Assembly (NCBI RefSeq): GCF_018350175.1
Contig: NC_058368.1
Span: 195,922,001-195,986,000 of the forward strand
Length of the DNA stretch: 64,000 nt
DNA from: Felis catus
Lineage: Eukaryota
Direction: 5' to 3'
Of this stretch, positions 24,903-37,291 are shown piece after piece (positions within the stretch are counted from its first letter, which is position 1; the number at the start of each line of letters is the position of its first letter). The notes beneath the pieces were generated by a model. That model saw nothing but the letters and a program-made list of their open reading frames with translations, did no database searches and was not told the origin of the DNA. The position numbers and the translations under genes were made by a program.

Positions 24903-25324
24903 GAAAGAATGAAAACTTGCCATTTGCAACAATGTGGATGGAACTGGAGGGTATTATGCTAAGTGAAGTAAGTCAGTCAGAGAAAGAGATATCCTATGTT
25001 TTTACTCATACGTGGAATTTGAGAAACTTAACTGAAGACCATGGGGGAAGGGAAGGGGGAAAAATAGTTTCAGAGAGGGAGGCAAGGCATAAGACTCTTA
25101 AGTACAGAGAACAAACCGAGGGCTGATGGGGGAAGGTGGGGTAGAGGTGCGGGGGAGGGGAAAATAGGGTGATGGGCATTGATTGAGGAGGGCACTTGTT
25201 GGAATGAGCACTGGGTGTTGTATATAAGCTATGAATCATGGGAATCTACTCCTGAAGCCAAGAGCACACTGTATACACTGTATGTTAGCTAACTTGACAA
25301 TAAATTATATTTAAAAAAAAGAAA
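24903..25324 (+). mobile_element. 5'-truncated carnivore L1 3' end with 20-bp target-site duplication
   Basis: ORF2 tail ENLPFATMWMELEGIMLSEVSQSEK, G-rich 3' UTR, A-tail. AAGAAATTTGTACCTTTTGA occurs at 24883-24902 and 25325-25344. Confidence 0.92.
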
Positions 25325-25397
25325 AAGAAATTTGTACCTTTTGACCACCATCACCATTTGAAGCCCTATGACCCAACATAGACATAATGTATCATAA

Positions 25398-25482
25398 CGT
25401 ATATCTATATATGATATCTATCTATCTATCTGTATCTATATATCTATATATAGATATATATCTATATCTATCTATCTATATA
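25398..25482. repeat. (TATC)n/(TA)n simple repeat
   Basis: Directly visible. Confidence 0.9.
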
Positions 25483-27297
25483 CTGTTTTTTGTGTTTATG
25501 TTCATGAGAAGTATTGGTCTTGAATTTTTTGTAATGTCTTTGTCAAGTTTCTTCTGGCCTTGTAAAATATGTTTGGAAATGTTACCTCTTCCTCTATATT
25601 TTGACAAAGTTTATGTAACATTGCTATTAGTTTTGTCTTAAATATTTGATACAATTCACCAGTGAAACCATCTGGGTCTGGAGTTTTCTTTTGGGGATTT
25701 TTTTTCCTTTAGTTTTAAAACTTTATTTTGGAGTAACTTGAGATTTACCGAAAAGGTGCAAAGATGTACGGAGAGTTGTTATTCTTCACCTAGCTTCCCC
25801 TAATGTTAATGTCTTACATAGCCATGGTATCTTTGTCAAAACCAAGAAATAAACATTCGTATAGTACTATTAACTAGACTAAGTCTTTATCTGAATTTCA
25901 CCATTTTTCCCTCTAATATCCTTTTTTCTGTTCCAGAATCCAACCCAGTCTACCACATTACAGAAAAGTACTGGTGAGCTATTTTGCAGCCTGTCTCTTG
26001 ACTTGAATTTGTCTGATGTTTTGTCGTGATTAGCCTGGGGTTATAGATCTGGGGGAAAATATCTCAAGGAGAAGTGCCCTTATCATGTTATATCATTGAT
26101 GATGTTAACCTTGATTACTCGGTTAAGGTGATGTCTTCCAGGTTTCTCCTTTGTAAATTTACTGTTTTTCCCTTCCTATGCTCTATTTTTTGGAAGCAAG
26201 TCAATAAGTACAATCTATAATCAATAGGATGGGATTTACATTCCACCTCCTGAAGGACAGGTTTCTACATACATTATTTGGAAGTCTTTTGTGGGGAAGA
26301 AAGAAGACTTGTCTTTTCTCTCCCCATTTATTTATTTATTCAATAATTTATTGTGGATGCATGGATATTTATTTTTTCTTTGAGTTTATAACTGTTTATT
26401 CTGTAGATTGTCTTTTCACCATCTTGATAGTGTCCTTTGATGCATGGAAGTTTTGAATTTTGTGTATTCATTTTATAAAGTGTTTCATAGTAGTTAAAAA
26501 TAGTGAGTATTCTCTAATTTGGCAGTGCAGTATTCTACATTTTTATTTTATTGTACAAATTTCCTATATTCCCTACTCTGTCTGATAACCAATCAATAAT
26601 TAAAAGAACTGTGTTAAATCTTCCACTATGACTTTGGTTATATCCTTATGTAAGGATCCTCTTTATCACAATAATGCTCTTTGAAAGTCTCCTTGTCTGA
26701 TGTCAATATGGCTGGAACACATTTCTTTGAGGTAGTATTTAACTGGTTTATCCTTTTCCATTTCTTTACTACTGTGTCGTAGTTTTAGGAGTGCTGTTTG
26801 TGAAAAGCGTAGAGCTGGAATTACTTTTGACTTAAACTGTTATCTTTAAATTGGTGAATTTTACACATTTACATTTATTGTGATAACTGATATATTTGAA
26901 TGTATTTATACTACCTTATTTCATGTCCCTTTAATTGCTGGTTTGTTTGTTTGTTTGTTTGTTTGTTTGTTTTTCATCCTTCCTGCTGTCTATTGAATTG
27001 ATTTCTCTGCTCACCATTGCTTCTTAGACTCTATACTTTTATTCTGGATCCTTCCAAAAGCATGTTCTTTTGCTCTTTCCGAGGTTAGTGGGAAATTCTC
27101 TCACTATTTATTTGTCTAAAAATGAATTTGTTTTGCTCTCACTTCTTGAAGATGTTTTTCTATTATGGTTGTCATTTTAAATACTCTTTTGTAGGTAACC
27201 TAGCTTTTATGTTGGGTAGTTTGTAGGCAATATCAACTTTTTTGAAATTTCTCTGTGACTTTGGAGTTCTGCAGTTTCACTACAATGTTCTTTAAAA

Positions 27298-27421
27298 ATT
27301 TTTTTAAAGATTTTATTTTTAAGTAATCTCTACACCCAACATGGGGCTCAAATTCATGACCCTGAGATCAAGACTCATATACTCCACCAACTGAGCCAGC
27401 CATGTGCCCCTCACTGCAATG

Positions 27422-27510
<89 letters not shown>

Positions 27511-27665
27511 TGGGGAGGGATAAAGGAAAAGAGAGAGAGAATCTTAAGCAGGCTCCATGCCCAGTGCAAAGCTCAACATAGGGCTCGATCCCACAATCAT
27601 GAGATTATGACGTGAGCCAAAATTAAGAGTTGGATGCTGAATTGACTGGGCCACCCATGTGCCCC
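27298..27665 (-). mobile_element. Two antisense Can-SINEs, the second with a long T-run and (GA)n
   Basis: Consensus ends at about 27410 and 27665, with T-run/(GA)n at 27426-27505. Confidence 0.85.
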
Positions 27666-27946
27666 ATAATGGTTCTTAAGTGTGGATTTAATATCCTTTC
27701 TCATGATAGGGTGAGAATTGTGTGAATTTATGTCCTTTTATCAAATCTGAGAAAACCCCAGTCATTTTAAAACATTCTGGAATTCCTGTCAGTATTGTTG
27801 GACATTTTCATTTTATTCTCCATGTCTTTTAATTTCTCTCTCATACTTTCTAACTCTTTACCTCTCTATGAAGCATTACGGGCACATCTGGTTCACTAAT
27901 TCTTCCTTCAGTACATCTGATCTACCATTGATTTGTCCATTAACTA

Positions 27947-28132
27947 TTTTTTCTTTTTCTTTTAGAGAGAGAGAGACAGAATGAGTGAGGGAGAGGGGCA
28001 GAGAGAGAGAATCTCAAGCAGGCTCCATGCTCAGCACAGAGCCTGATATGGCGCTTGATCTCAACTGTGAGATGATGACCTGAACGGAAATCAAGCATCA
28101 GATGCTCAACCAACTGAGCTACCCACGCACCC
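27947..28132 (-). mobile_element. Can-SINE
   Basis: Reverse-complement consensus. Confidence 0.85.
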
Positions 28133-28956
28133 TTGCCCATTACCTTTTTAAAAGGAGGGACTGTTTTGGTAAAACCTAACACATGTACAGAAAAAGTACA
28201 TAAAACACAGACGTACAACTAAATATTCTAAAGTGAACACCTATGTAACAATCACCCAAATTGTAGCAGAAATTGCCCAACTGTCCCCAGAAGCATTTTA
28301 TGTGTCCCTTTCTGATCACCACCCTCTCTTTCATCCCGAAGTTAACACCATCCTGACTTTTACATTAACACCTCCTTGCATCAGCAAACATCTATGTTTG
28401 TATCTTCCTTCCTTTGCTTTTGCCATTTTGTTTCCAAGGTGCATCAGTCTCTGGATGTTACCTGTGGCTGCAGCTCACCTACCTTCACAGCTGCAGGATC
28501 TAATGGCTGCTTTCCCGACGTTGTGGCTATGCTCCGTCTGTGCCATTTCTATATCACTGTGCGATTTTATTTATGTAAGGAACAAAACAGCCAAAAGCAC
28601 AGAATTTTATGTGAATGAGTAAAGAATAGGATTTTATATGAAGGGCTTCCTAGACCCACAAATTACATGAAAGGCTAAATGGCCTGCTTTTTCAGGATCC
28701 AAATTTTACTTACTGTTGAATAAAGGTGCAAAATACAGAATAATGCACATAGGATGATCCCATTAAAGACATATTTTTGTACCTATGCATCTATGTACAC
28801 ATCCATGTTTACCGGTTCAAGTAATTCTAGAATTCTACAAGGTCCACACTGTTACCAGTGGTTACCTCCAGTATGTCGGAATCAGGCAGAATGCAGGAGG
28901 CTGGGAAAGTCTATCTGTGTGCGTGGGAGGAGCTATGTGGGCAAATCTTTTCACAT

Positions 28957-28957
28957 T

Positions 28958-29009
<52 letters not shown>

Positions 29010-29039
29010 AAAGCTTTCTTTCTCTTTCTTTCTTCTTTC

Positions 29040-29091
<52 letters not shown>

Positions 29092-29128
29092 TCCTTCCTT
29101 CTTTCTTTCTTTCTTATCTTTCTTTTTT
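28957..29128. repeat. Compound (TTTA)n-(TTTC)n microsatellite
   Basis: Directly visible. Confidence 0.95.
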
Positions 29129-29267
29129 AAACAACATCAGTGAAAGTCATATTATCAGAAGAAGAAAGAGTGAGGATTTGCTTTTGGAAGCAGCCGGCTC
29201 CGCTAGGCTCTCCTCTCCTGGAGCTGGTGGTGGCCATCATCCTCCAGGACACAGTAGAGGCAGACAC

Positions 29268-29273
29268 TTTAAT
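29268..29273 (-). terminator. Candidate MYOZ3 poly(A) signal (ATTAAA)
   Basis: TTTAAT on + strand about 2.1 kb after the MYOZ3 stop, at the edge of unique sequence. Confidence 0.45.
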
Positions 29274-31394
29274 GGTTGGTTTTCAGCTCGTGCAAACATG
29301 GCTTTAAACAGCAGCCCCCAAACTCAAGACAACACGTTAATTGCAAGCAAGTCTAATGGGCTGCTGGCCCCTTGAGAATGTGTGGGGTGAAGTAGAAGTC
29401 CAGAACAAAATGCAACCACTATCCCATGCACCCTGGGAATTAGCTGGATTTCTCACCTTCTCATCTCCCCAAGAGAGGGAGTCAGGGAAGAGGCAGAAGG
29501 AGGCGGGGTGGCGGGGAGTTGGGGGAGCCGTGAGGAGGTAATTCATGTCCAGAGGGAGCCCTGCAGTGATCAGAGGCTTTCCTTCAGGCTTAAGTTTTAC
29601 CGATCCCAGTGGTCTCTTGCAGACAATTTCTCAAGCTGCATCTGCTACAAGAACATCTCTTCCAGTCAAGAGCAGGGGCTGCACAGAATCTAAGAATGAC
29701 TGAGAGCTTCTTAGGTATGTGGCCATCACTGTGCTCGCAACAACCCTACACAGGGCTTCTGGTCTTGCCCTCATGTTACGGTGGGGGGGGGGGGGGTGGG
29801 GGAGACAGGCCCACCAATGAGAAATGGCTTGTTCAAGTTCACACAGCTAACAGTAGCAGTTCATCTGGTCTGACTACCCAGTGTGCACTTTTTACCTCTA
29901 AACCCTAAGGCGGGACACCATGCTTAGATGATTCCAGAGTGAGTGGGCCTTGGCCTGGCCACCCAGTGCAGTGAAAAGGGAGAGCCACTAGAATTAGACA
30001 GATTCCCACTTTAGCTCTGTCCCTGAACAAGCCGCTTCTTTTGAGCCTGGATATCCACATCTGTAAAATGGGACCATACCTTTTCCTCAGGGTTGTACTG
30101 AAAATAAGAAATAGGACATGTGAAGAGTCTACTACCAGCCCAAGCACTGAGGCACCCAATAAAAAGCAGCCACCAGCACCATCGTCATCATTGTCCTCCC
30201 CATCATCACTTGAACTGAGAGGCACTCCTTTCTTTCCTTTTCCGAATGAGCTAGAGCACAGCCCTTGAACTACCCCTGCTGGAAACTAGGACATGATTTA
30301 CCCTGAGGCTTGCTCAGGATGGTGAGCAGAAGGAGAAAAGAAAGAAGGAGTCCTTATAGGTGCCCCACATTGCACCTGTCTTAGAAGGTGGCCAGAGGCG
30401 TGCCCCTTCTTTCCATCCCTGTGGCCACCCGCCTAGTCCAGACCTTGTTCTCTGTAGGCTTCCTGGCTCCCGGCCTCCGTCCTCTCCAGTCTTTGCCCCA
30501 CTTAGCAAGACCCATCACTCCCCAGCTTAAAAACTGCCCCCATCTCCTTAGCAGAGTGCACCCCACGGTGGCCCTCACCCCTCCAACACAGCCCTCTCCT
30601 TTCTCCAGAACACCTCCACCTGTGCACAATTCCGCACTTCGCACGTGCTGGTTTACTCGACAGGAATGCCCTCCCCATCACTCCCTCTTCCCATGACGGC
30701 TCTCACTCCTCCTCTGGGGTCCCACTCAAAGTCTCTGAGAAGCGGCCCAGAACCCCACCCCTACACCCAGGGGTAGGGACCCCCTCCTCTGCCTCACGGC
30801 ACTTTATTCCCCAGTTAGTGTGCTGTAGGGAAAATTAACACGATTTACTGCTTTCCAAAGCTGTCTTCCCTACTGTCCTCTCTTCCTCTAGGCCACCGCC
30901 TGGGCTTATTCGCCACACACTCTCCCTGGGGCTGGCAGGGTGTCCAGTGCATAGTAGGTAAGTAGCAAATGTTTAGCACATGAATGAAGGCCAACTGCAT
31001 CTCAATAAAAGAAAGGGAAAGCTTTCTAGTTATCAGAGTTATCCACAGGTAAACAGGTGCTAGTGAGCTCCCTGTCGCCGGAGGAGTGTAAGCTGGAGTA
31101 CACGAGCAGGGAGGGGTGGTGGCATGGATGTGAATTCATTGGTGGCTTGGATTCCTAAAGACACAAACCATGGACGAGTTTCACTGGAGTCTCCTGGGAG
31201 TGTTGGTTACTAATAGAGATTCCCCGACTCAGGAGATTCTGATGCTGCAAGTCTGGGGCAGGCCAGAAATCTGTGTTCAAAACATCATCCCCGGGAAATT
31301 TGGAAACACACCCCACTTAGGGACTGTCCCCAAGTCTTGGCTCCAAGATGTCACCCGGACACCAAGATAAGGGAATTGAATATTCAGGCTGGGG

Positions 31395-31563
31395 CTACAG
31401 GTCCTCAGATTCGGGGAGGTTGCGGACCCAGCCCTGGGCCACTCTGTTGAAGCTGGGTCTGAGACGGAGGAGTTCTAAGCCACTGATGAGCTCCGGGACG
31501 AAGGGGGTGCCTGCCCTGGGAACAGTCTCCCCAACCAGGGGTCCTCCAAAGGGCACCGGGGTC
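31395..31563 (-). CDS. MYOZ3: MYOZ3 (myozenin-3/calsarcin-3/FATZ-3) last coding exon
   Basis: (K)TPVPFGGPLVGETVPRAGTPFVPELISGLELLRLRPSFNRVAQGWVRNLPESEDL*, with the C-terminal E[ST][DE][DE]L PDZ-binding motif typical of myozenins. Confidence 0.96.
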
Positions 31564-31955
31564 CTGGGGAGAGAAGAGCAGCAGAAGAGGTGGGCTGTGT
31601 GGGAGAGGGATGGCAGAGCACTGACATGCGGGGCACGATGTGGGGCCCCCTCCGTGCCTCCCTCTGGGCCTCCGTTTCCCCACCTATTCCAGGCTTTGTA
31701 CTGTCTTTAACAGGTTTCTCTGGCTCTGCCCATTCCCCAGTCTCCTTCTAGTGCGGATGGCTTGTTGCTTGGGAATGGGAATGAAATTTTCAAAGCTAGA
31801 ATTGGCTGGTCCCAGACAAAACTCTAGGTACCCCTTAAATATTAAGCTCCAGAAGCCAAAAGAGCTGGAATGGGGTTTTTCCTTGCTCTGCTCATCTCGC
31901 CTTAGAACAGGGGAGAATTAGAGAGGGAAGAGAGGATTAGAAAGAGCACTGAGAA

Positions 31956-32068
31956 GGGCCCCTGGTTGGCTCAGTTGGTTAAGCGACCGGCTCTTGATTT
32001 CAGCTCAGGTCATGATCTCATGGTTTGTGAGTTCAAGTCCCAACTGCCCGTGCAGAGCCTGCTTGGAG
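31956..32068 (+). mobile_element. Partial Can-SINE
   Basis: Consensus 5' half only. Confidence 0.75.
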
Positions 32069-34560
32069 TTTATAAAGGAGACGCACCATTTGTCACCCAT
32101 AAGACTGGTAAGAAGAAATAATTTGATAAGGGGGCAAAGTTGATGAGGTGGTGGGGGCAAAGTTTCACTTAGATACTGCTGGTTGGAGGGTAAATTGGTG
32201 CTGCTCCCTTGGAGGACAATTTGGCAGGATCTTTTTCACCTAAACATGTGCAAACTCTGTCAACCAGCAATCGCACCTGTGAGCATACGGCTTAGGAAAG
32301 CACGTGCACGGACAAACGGATACAAGCAGTGATTGGTGACAAACCAGAAACAGCCCCTATGTCCACGGCAGAGAAATGGACAAGACACATGTATATTCAC
32401 ATGGTGGAATACCATACAGCAGCTTAAAAGGCATGAAAAGATCTGTTTGTATTATGTAGATTTCAAAAGCATACTGTTGAGTCAAAAAGGCAAGCAAGTT
32501 ACATGATGAAATACAAAGTATGAAAATGCCCACTATCCCTAAAACAATCCCATCCCCTATCAGAATGCAGCTGCTGGTAGAAAATGATCTGAAAACACAC
32601 ACCAACCTGACAACGGCATTCCATTTGGGAAGGGAACTGGGATTGGAGGATGGTGAACAAAGGGCCCTCTCTTTATTTGTAGTGTGTGTGTGTGTGTGTG
32701 TGTCTTAAGAGAATATAAGTATGTTATTTTTAAACTTTTTTCATTTTAAGACAAGTTAAAAAGCATTGCTTGTGTAGTGTTTTCCTCGAAGCCCAGGACC
32801 AATGGGAATGGGGGAGTGTTTGCCCCCCGGGGGTAGAAAGGCAGACTCCAGGCCCGGGCCTGGGTTCCAGCCAGTATAGCATTTCTGCCCGGACCACCCC
32901 GGCTGTGGCGGCAACAGCCAGGCCCTGTGGGAACAGGCTGGGCAGTTTCCAAGCTGCACAGGCCTCACGATTCGGCCCTTGACTAGAAGCCCAGAGCCCT
33001 GGATCCTGAGCACAGCTTGGCCACCAACACTGCTGTTCCCCCCCTTCTTAGCCTCAGTTGGCCCTTCTGTCTCAGACGGAGCCTGGGCTCAGGGCCCCCG
33101 AAGGCCCTCCTTCTGCTGATGGGAAGGTGCTTCAGCCTGTCATAGCTGCAGTGTGAGATAGATGGGGCTATGACTCGACTTGGCCAGCCTGGAAGCCGGC
33201 GCCCGGGACTGAATGTCTGCTGAGGGTTTTAAATAGCTGGGCAGGCAGGAGCTGAGGGCCCCCGGAGGAGGGAGAACGCAGTCTCACCTGGCAGAAACCC
33301 CAGAACGTCTGCCAATGGCTCGTGGCTCACACGGTGCCTGTTGGGCACAATTCTTCCTGTAGGGGCCCTCCTGGCTATCAGCTGTTTGAGGGCAAACACC
33401 TCCCTTCTGAGCAGTCTCTTTTCAGTGCTGATCACCCCCAGTTGTCAGACGGTCTCCGCATGTGGTCTGGGCCAGAAGAGCTGGACCTTGGCCTCCTCCG
33501 GTGGACCCTCCCCTTTCTCACTTTAATGCAGCCAAAGCCAGAGGAGCATTTTTCAGAAATAGCATCAGACTGAAGAAGCCGACTGCAGTTGAAATGCATC
33601 CCCCAGCCCAAGGCCTTCCTCCAGTGCCAGACTCCTGTCTTGACTCCTGTGATTTGTCTTTGGGCCCCTAGGTCAGCACACTAAATTTATCCCTTTCAGT
33701 TCTCCCTAGTAGCTTTTCCAACCATCATTTCAGCCTGTAACTACTACTCCTAATACCAATAGCTACTGTTTATCGACAGCTTATTCCTTGCCAGAAACTT
33801 TGCCTATGACTTCTCATGCCAGCCTCACAACAAACTTAAGAGATTCTGTAATGATGCAGACGGGGAAATGGAGGCTCAGAGAAGTGAAGTCACTTGCCCA
33901 AGGTCACACAGCTAAGCAAGGAGTCTGCCTTTAAGCCCACGTTGAGGCCCCATGCTCTGAATAGTACAAGCCACTCTTCTGTGGCTCTCACCTCTGCTGT
34001 CCAACGTTTCACTGCCGTCCCCCACTCTGATAGAGCCTCAAGCCATTTCTAGACCTCTTCCAGACCATTGATGAACATGAGGAAAAGGCTGAGCTGATCT
34101 AGGAGTAATGAGATCCAGGGCCCCCACCTAGGGAGGATATCCATCAAAGGGGTGGCACCAGGAGTGCGGGAGAATAAGACCCTGGGCTCTGGAGTCAGAC
34201 TAACCCAGACTTGGATCCCAGCCCTGCTCCTTGCCTCGTGACTGTGGGCAGGTTGTCCGTGTTCCTGAGTGGGTCTCTTCACTGGCGAAATAGAAAACAC
34301 TGAGGCACGTCCCCGCCCTGTTGTGTGCAGAAACCGAGATGTGTGGCACATTCACCCGTTCACTCCCTGTACATTTACTGCAGACCTACTATGTGCTGAG
34401 GCAAGAGTTCTACCGAGTTCTAGCAAGAGCTCAATCAACGTGTAAGTGTTCAGATAGAGCTTGGCATGTCCAAGGGCTTGGGAAATGCAGCCACTACTGT
34501 GTTGTGCCAGGCACCTGCACCCCCTAGGGACCTCTCCCCAAGCTGCCCACCCATCCTTAC

Positions 34561-34723
34561 TTGTTGAAATTTCGAAACTCAGCAGGGCTGGGGGTGTGAC
34601 TTCTGCCATCGCTCTGGTAGTCCCGGTAGCTGATGAACTCCTGCCAAGGACAGCGGTAGCCCTTGGGGATGGCCGTGTGGTTGAACTTCTCCGGCGGGAC
34701 GCCCTTCAGCGGCTGGGCATAGC
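34561..34723 (-). CDS. MYOZ3: MYOZ3 coding exon 5
   Basis: (G)YAQPLKGVPPEKFNHTAIPKGYRCPWQEFISYRDYQSDGRSHTPSPAEFRNFN(K), CAG/GTAAG boundaries. Confidence 0.96.
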
Positions 34724-35141
34724 CTGGAGGTGGAGCAGGGCGTGTGGGAGGCAGGCAGGCTGGGGCACCCGGGGGGCTTTTCTCCCTCTGCCCCCACGCC
34801 CACCCACCTGGTGGATATGGTTGGGGGAGGGAAGTCTGGAGCTGGGATAGAGGAGTGGGAGGGATATAATGCCAAAGTTGCGCCAGCTAAGGGGACTGAG
34901 GCTTCCCCATCCTTGGAAGCAAGGAGGACCAGCATCTCGAGTCGGGGCGTAGACTCTGACTGGCTTTGTGACCTTGGGGATGTTGCTGTGCCTCTTTGGG
35001 CTTGTGTTAGATCTGTGGAGGGGCGTGGGGGGTCAGGGAGGTGGACTAGACAGCCCTCTGGGTGCTGTCCCTGCCCCACCCTGGAGCACTGCCACGCTTG
35101 GGTCCCCCAGCCCTGGTCCCAGGACCCGGAGCTGAACTCAC

Positions 35142-35277
35142 CTGGCGCCAGGGCGCTGGGGCTGCGGGGGCGCTCCGCAGGGAAGGCTGAGGGCTGGGCC
35201 ACCTCGGGGCCCCCGGGCGTGGCCCGGAAGATGTGGAGCTCGGAGCTGCAGCTCTGCCCCTCGAGGCCATTGGCAAC
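35142..35277 (-). CDS. MYOZ3: MYOZ3 coding exon 4
   Basis: VANGLEGQSCSSELHIFRATPGGPEVAQPSAFPAERPRSPSALAP(G), CAG/GTGAG boundaries. Confidence 0.92.
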
Positions 35278-35378
35278 CTGGGCACAGGAGCGGGCGCTCA
35301 GAGGCCGCAGACTGGCCCGAGCTGCCTGGCTCCTTCCCCCGAATTCCCCCATTTTCCCGGGGCTCCCTCCACGCTCAC

Positions 35379-35459
35379 CTTCCCCTGGGCGTGAAGGGGG
35401 CCGGCCTCCGCTGTTCCCACTGTTCCCGTCACCTTCCCCTTGGCGCTTCGGTCCACCAG
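35379..35459 (-). CDS. MYOZ3: MYOZ3 coding exon 3 (81 nt)
   Basis: LVDRSAKGKVTGTVGTAEAGPLHAQGK, CAG acceptor and AAG|GTGAGC donor, phase 0/0, followed by a 101-nt intron. Confidence 0.8.
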
Positions 35460-36423
35460 CTGTGGGCACAAATAGACCACAGGGAGGCTCAGTGGGGCAA
35501 GGATCCAGGGTTGTCCCAACACCGAAAAAGGGAGGGGCGCATAATCTTAGTGCCCACATCCCGGGGATGCGGGGTAGGGGGGATGAGTTAATAGCGTAGA
35601 ACGCTAAACTCGGTGCCAGGGACAGGGAGATGGGCTCTATATGTTAGTTGCTATTCTAATATTGACCCTGGCCAGATAACCTTCCTGAGTCTGTTTCCTT
35701 GTCTGTGAGATGGAAGTACTGATGATGATATCAGCTCACAGGGCCTATGAGCATGAAACGAGATGATACATGTGAAGTGCGTGGCTAGCGCTGTCTCAGG
35801 CACCTCGCGAAGGTAGGTGTTTTGTCGTCTTTACTCCTGTGCATCCTGCCACATCGTCCCCTCTCAGTCACCCCCTGTCTAGTCCAGAAATGGAGTGGCG
35901 TATGAGTGGAATGCCCCTGAGTGACTGAAACTACCTGCGGACTCTTTGAAGCCTGAGGATAAGCCGTTCTTGTCTCTACCAGCAGACCGTTTTCTGGCCT
36001 TTTCCTTCTTCTAGAGGCAGGAAGAGAAGGAGTTCTCTCTCTTAGGTTCTCTCTCCGTTCTCTCTCTCTGTGTTCTCTCTCTGAGGTCAAGCCCAAGTCT
36101 CATCTAAATCCTGCTCACTGCCAATTCAGCCCAGAGCACTTCTTGTAGGAGCCAGAGTGCCCTCCTCACCCCACAGCTCGCCCTGCCCGGTCCGCTCTCC
36201 GTTTTGCGTCTACGGAGAGGCGCCCTAAAGAGGTCACACTTTTCTAGGATCACACAGCAAGTCAGGGGCTCGAGCCGATGGGAACGTCACAGCCTTTCCA
36301 GCTGGAGCTGGAGGGGCTCCCCGGGGGCCAGAGGTCTTCATCTGACTCGCTGCTTGGCTCTAGGCTTGGCTCTAGGCTAACCGAGCCTCAGTTCCCCAGT
36401 AAGCGCGGTGGGGGCTAACTCAC

Positions 36424-36578
36424 CGCCCTCTGGCTGGCTGGAAATTCAAAGGTGAACCTCTGTACCCGGCGCTGTCTCTTCTGGAAGAGGAGGGATCCTC
36501 TGTTGTTGCGTAGCGAGAGCTCCTCCATCATCAAGTCCTGGGGCACGCTCAGCTTCTTGCCCAGGTCCAGCAAAGGGA
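36424..36578 (-). CDS. MYOZ3: MYOZ3 coding exon 2
   Basis: VPLLDLGKKLSVPQDLMMEELSLRNNRGSLLFQKRQRRVQRFTFEFPASQRA, the myozenin N-terminal signature. Confidence 0.97.
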
Positions 36579-37291
36579 CTGCTCAGAGAGGCCGGAGGGA
36601 GCTCTTTACCACCAAACCCTCAGGGCACTTGGGGCTGGCTGCCAGCCTCCAAGTGACCTCCTCTGAGCAGCTCCAGTACTATGCCGCAGAATCTTAGCCC
36701 GCCTGGGGGGCAGAAATGAGCTCGCAGAGTTTAATGTGCATGTGTTGGACACTCAGTGAAACTGAGTTCCTCCAGATGTTCTCTGGCCATTTGTATTTTT
36801 TCCACGAACGTCCTCGGCAGCTCTTTGCCCACAGTGGTGGGAGCCGTGAGACATGGTCAGATTGTAGATATCTCCTAACGGTAAGCCATGGGTGTGAGCC
36901 ATGCGAGGGGAGGAGGGGGACTTTCTGGCCTGAGCCACTGGCAGGAAGGCACAGCCGCTCACTGAGGCGGGGAGGGCAGGAGGAGGGTGAGAGGGGGCAA
37001 GATCAGGAGTTCAGTGTTAGACGTCTGTTCTTTCAGTTTTAAAATAGCCGTTTATTATTATAAAAATAGCATATATGTGCATTGAAGAAAGTTAGGAAAT
37101 ACGGATATAAAGGGGAAAGAGAAAAATGCCATTTCTATCACCTGGAGATGTCCACTTTTAACACCTTAGTGTGTGTCCGTTCATATCTTTTTTTAAAGAC
37201 TACCTATTCATGTATGAGTTTTCAGCCAAAAAGAAGTCATAGTTATACAAGCTTTGTGACTTGGTTTTATCAGTTGAAGATCTCCACCTGT

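Larger units (their letters stand above)
21900..28900 (-). mobile_element. Mosaic of old antisense LINE1 fragments with nested younger insertions
   Basis: T-rich strand with L1 reverse-complement text (e.g. TACCATTTTACATTCCCACCAACA, TTGTGAAGTGTCTGTTCAAAT, ATTGTGTTGAATTTGTAGATCAATTTG). Confidence 0.75.

Noticed and set aside
34579..35599. 326-aa and 289-aa ORFs
   Set aside because: GC-rich read-through across MYOZ3 exons and introns, or its antisense shadow. Only 35142-35277 of the 326-aa ORF is in the real frame.
37037..37070. Paired MEF2-like AT-rich sites
   Set aside because: Embedded in text resembling an old L1 3' end, so the matches are probably compositional.
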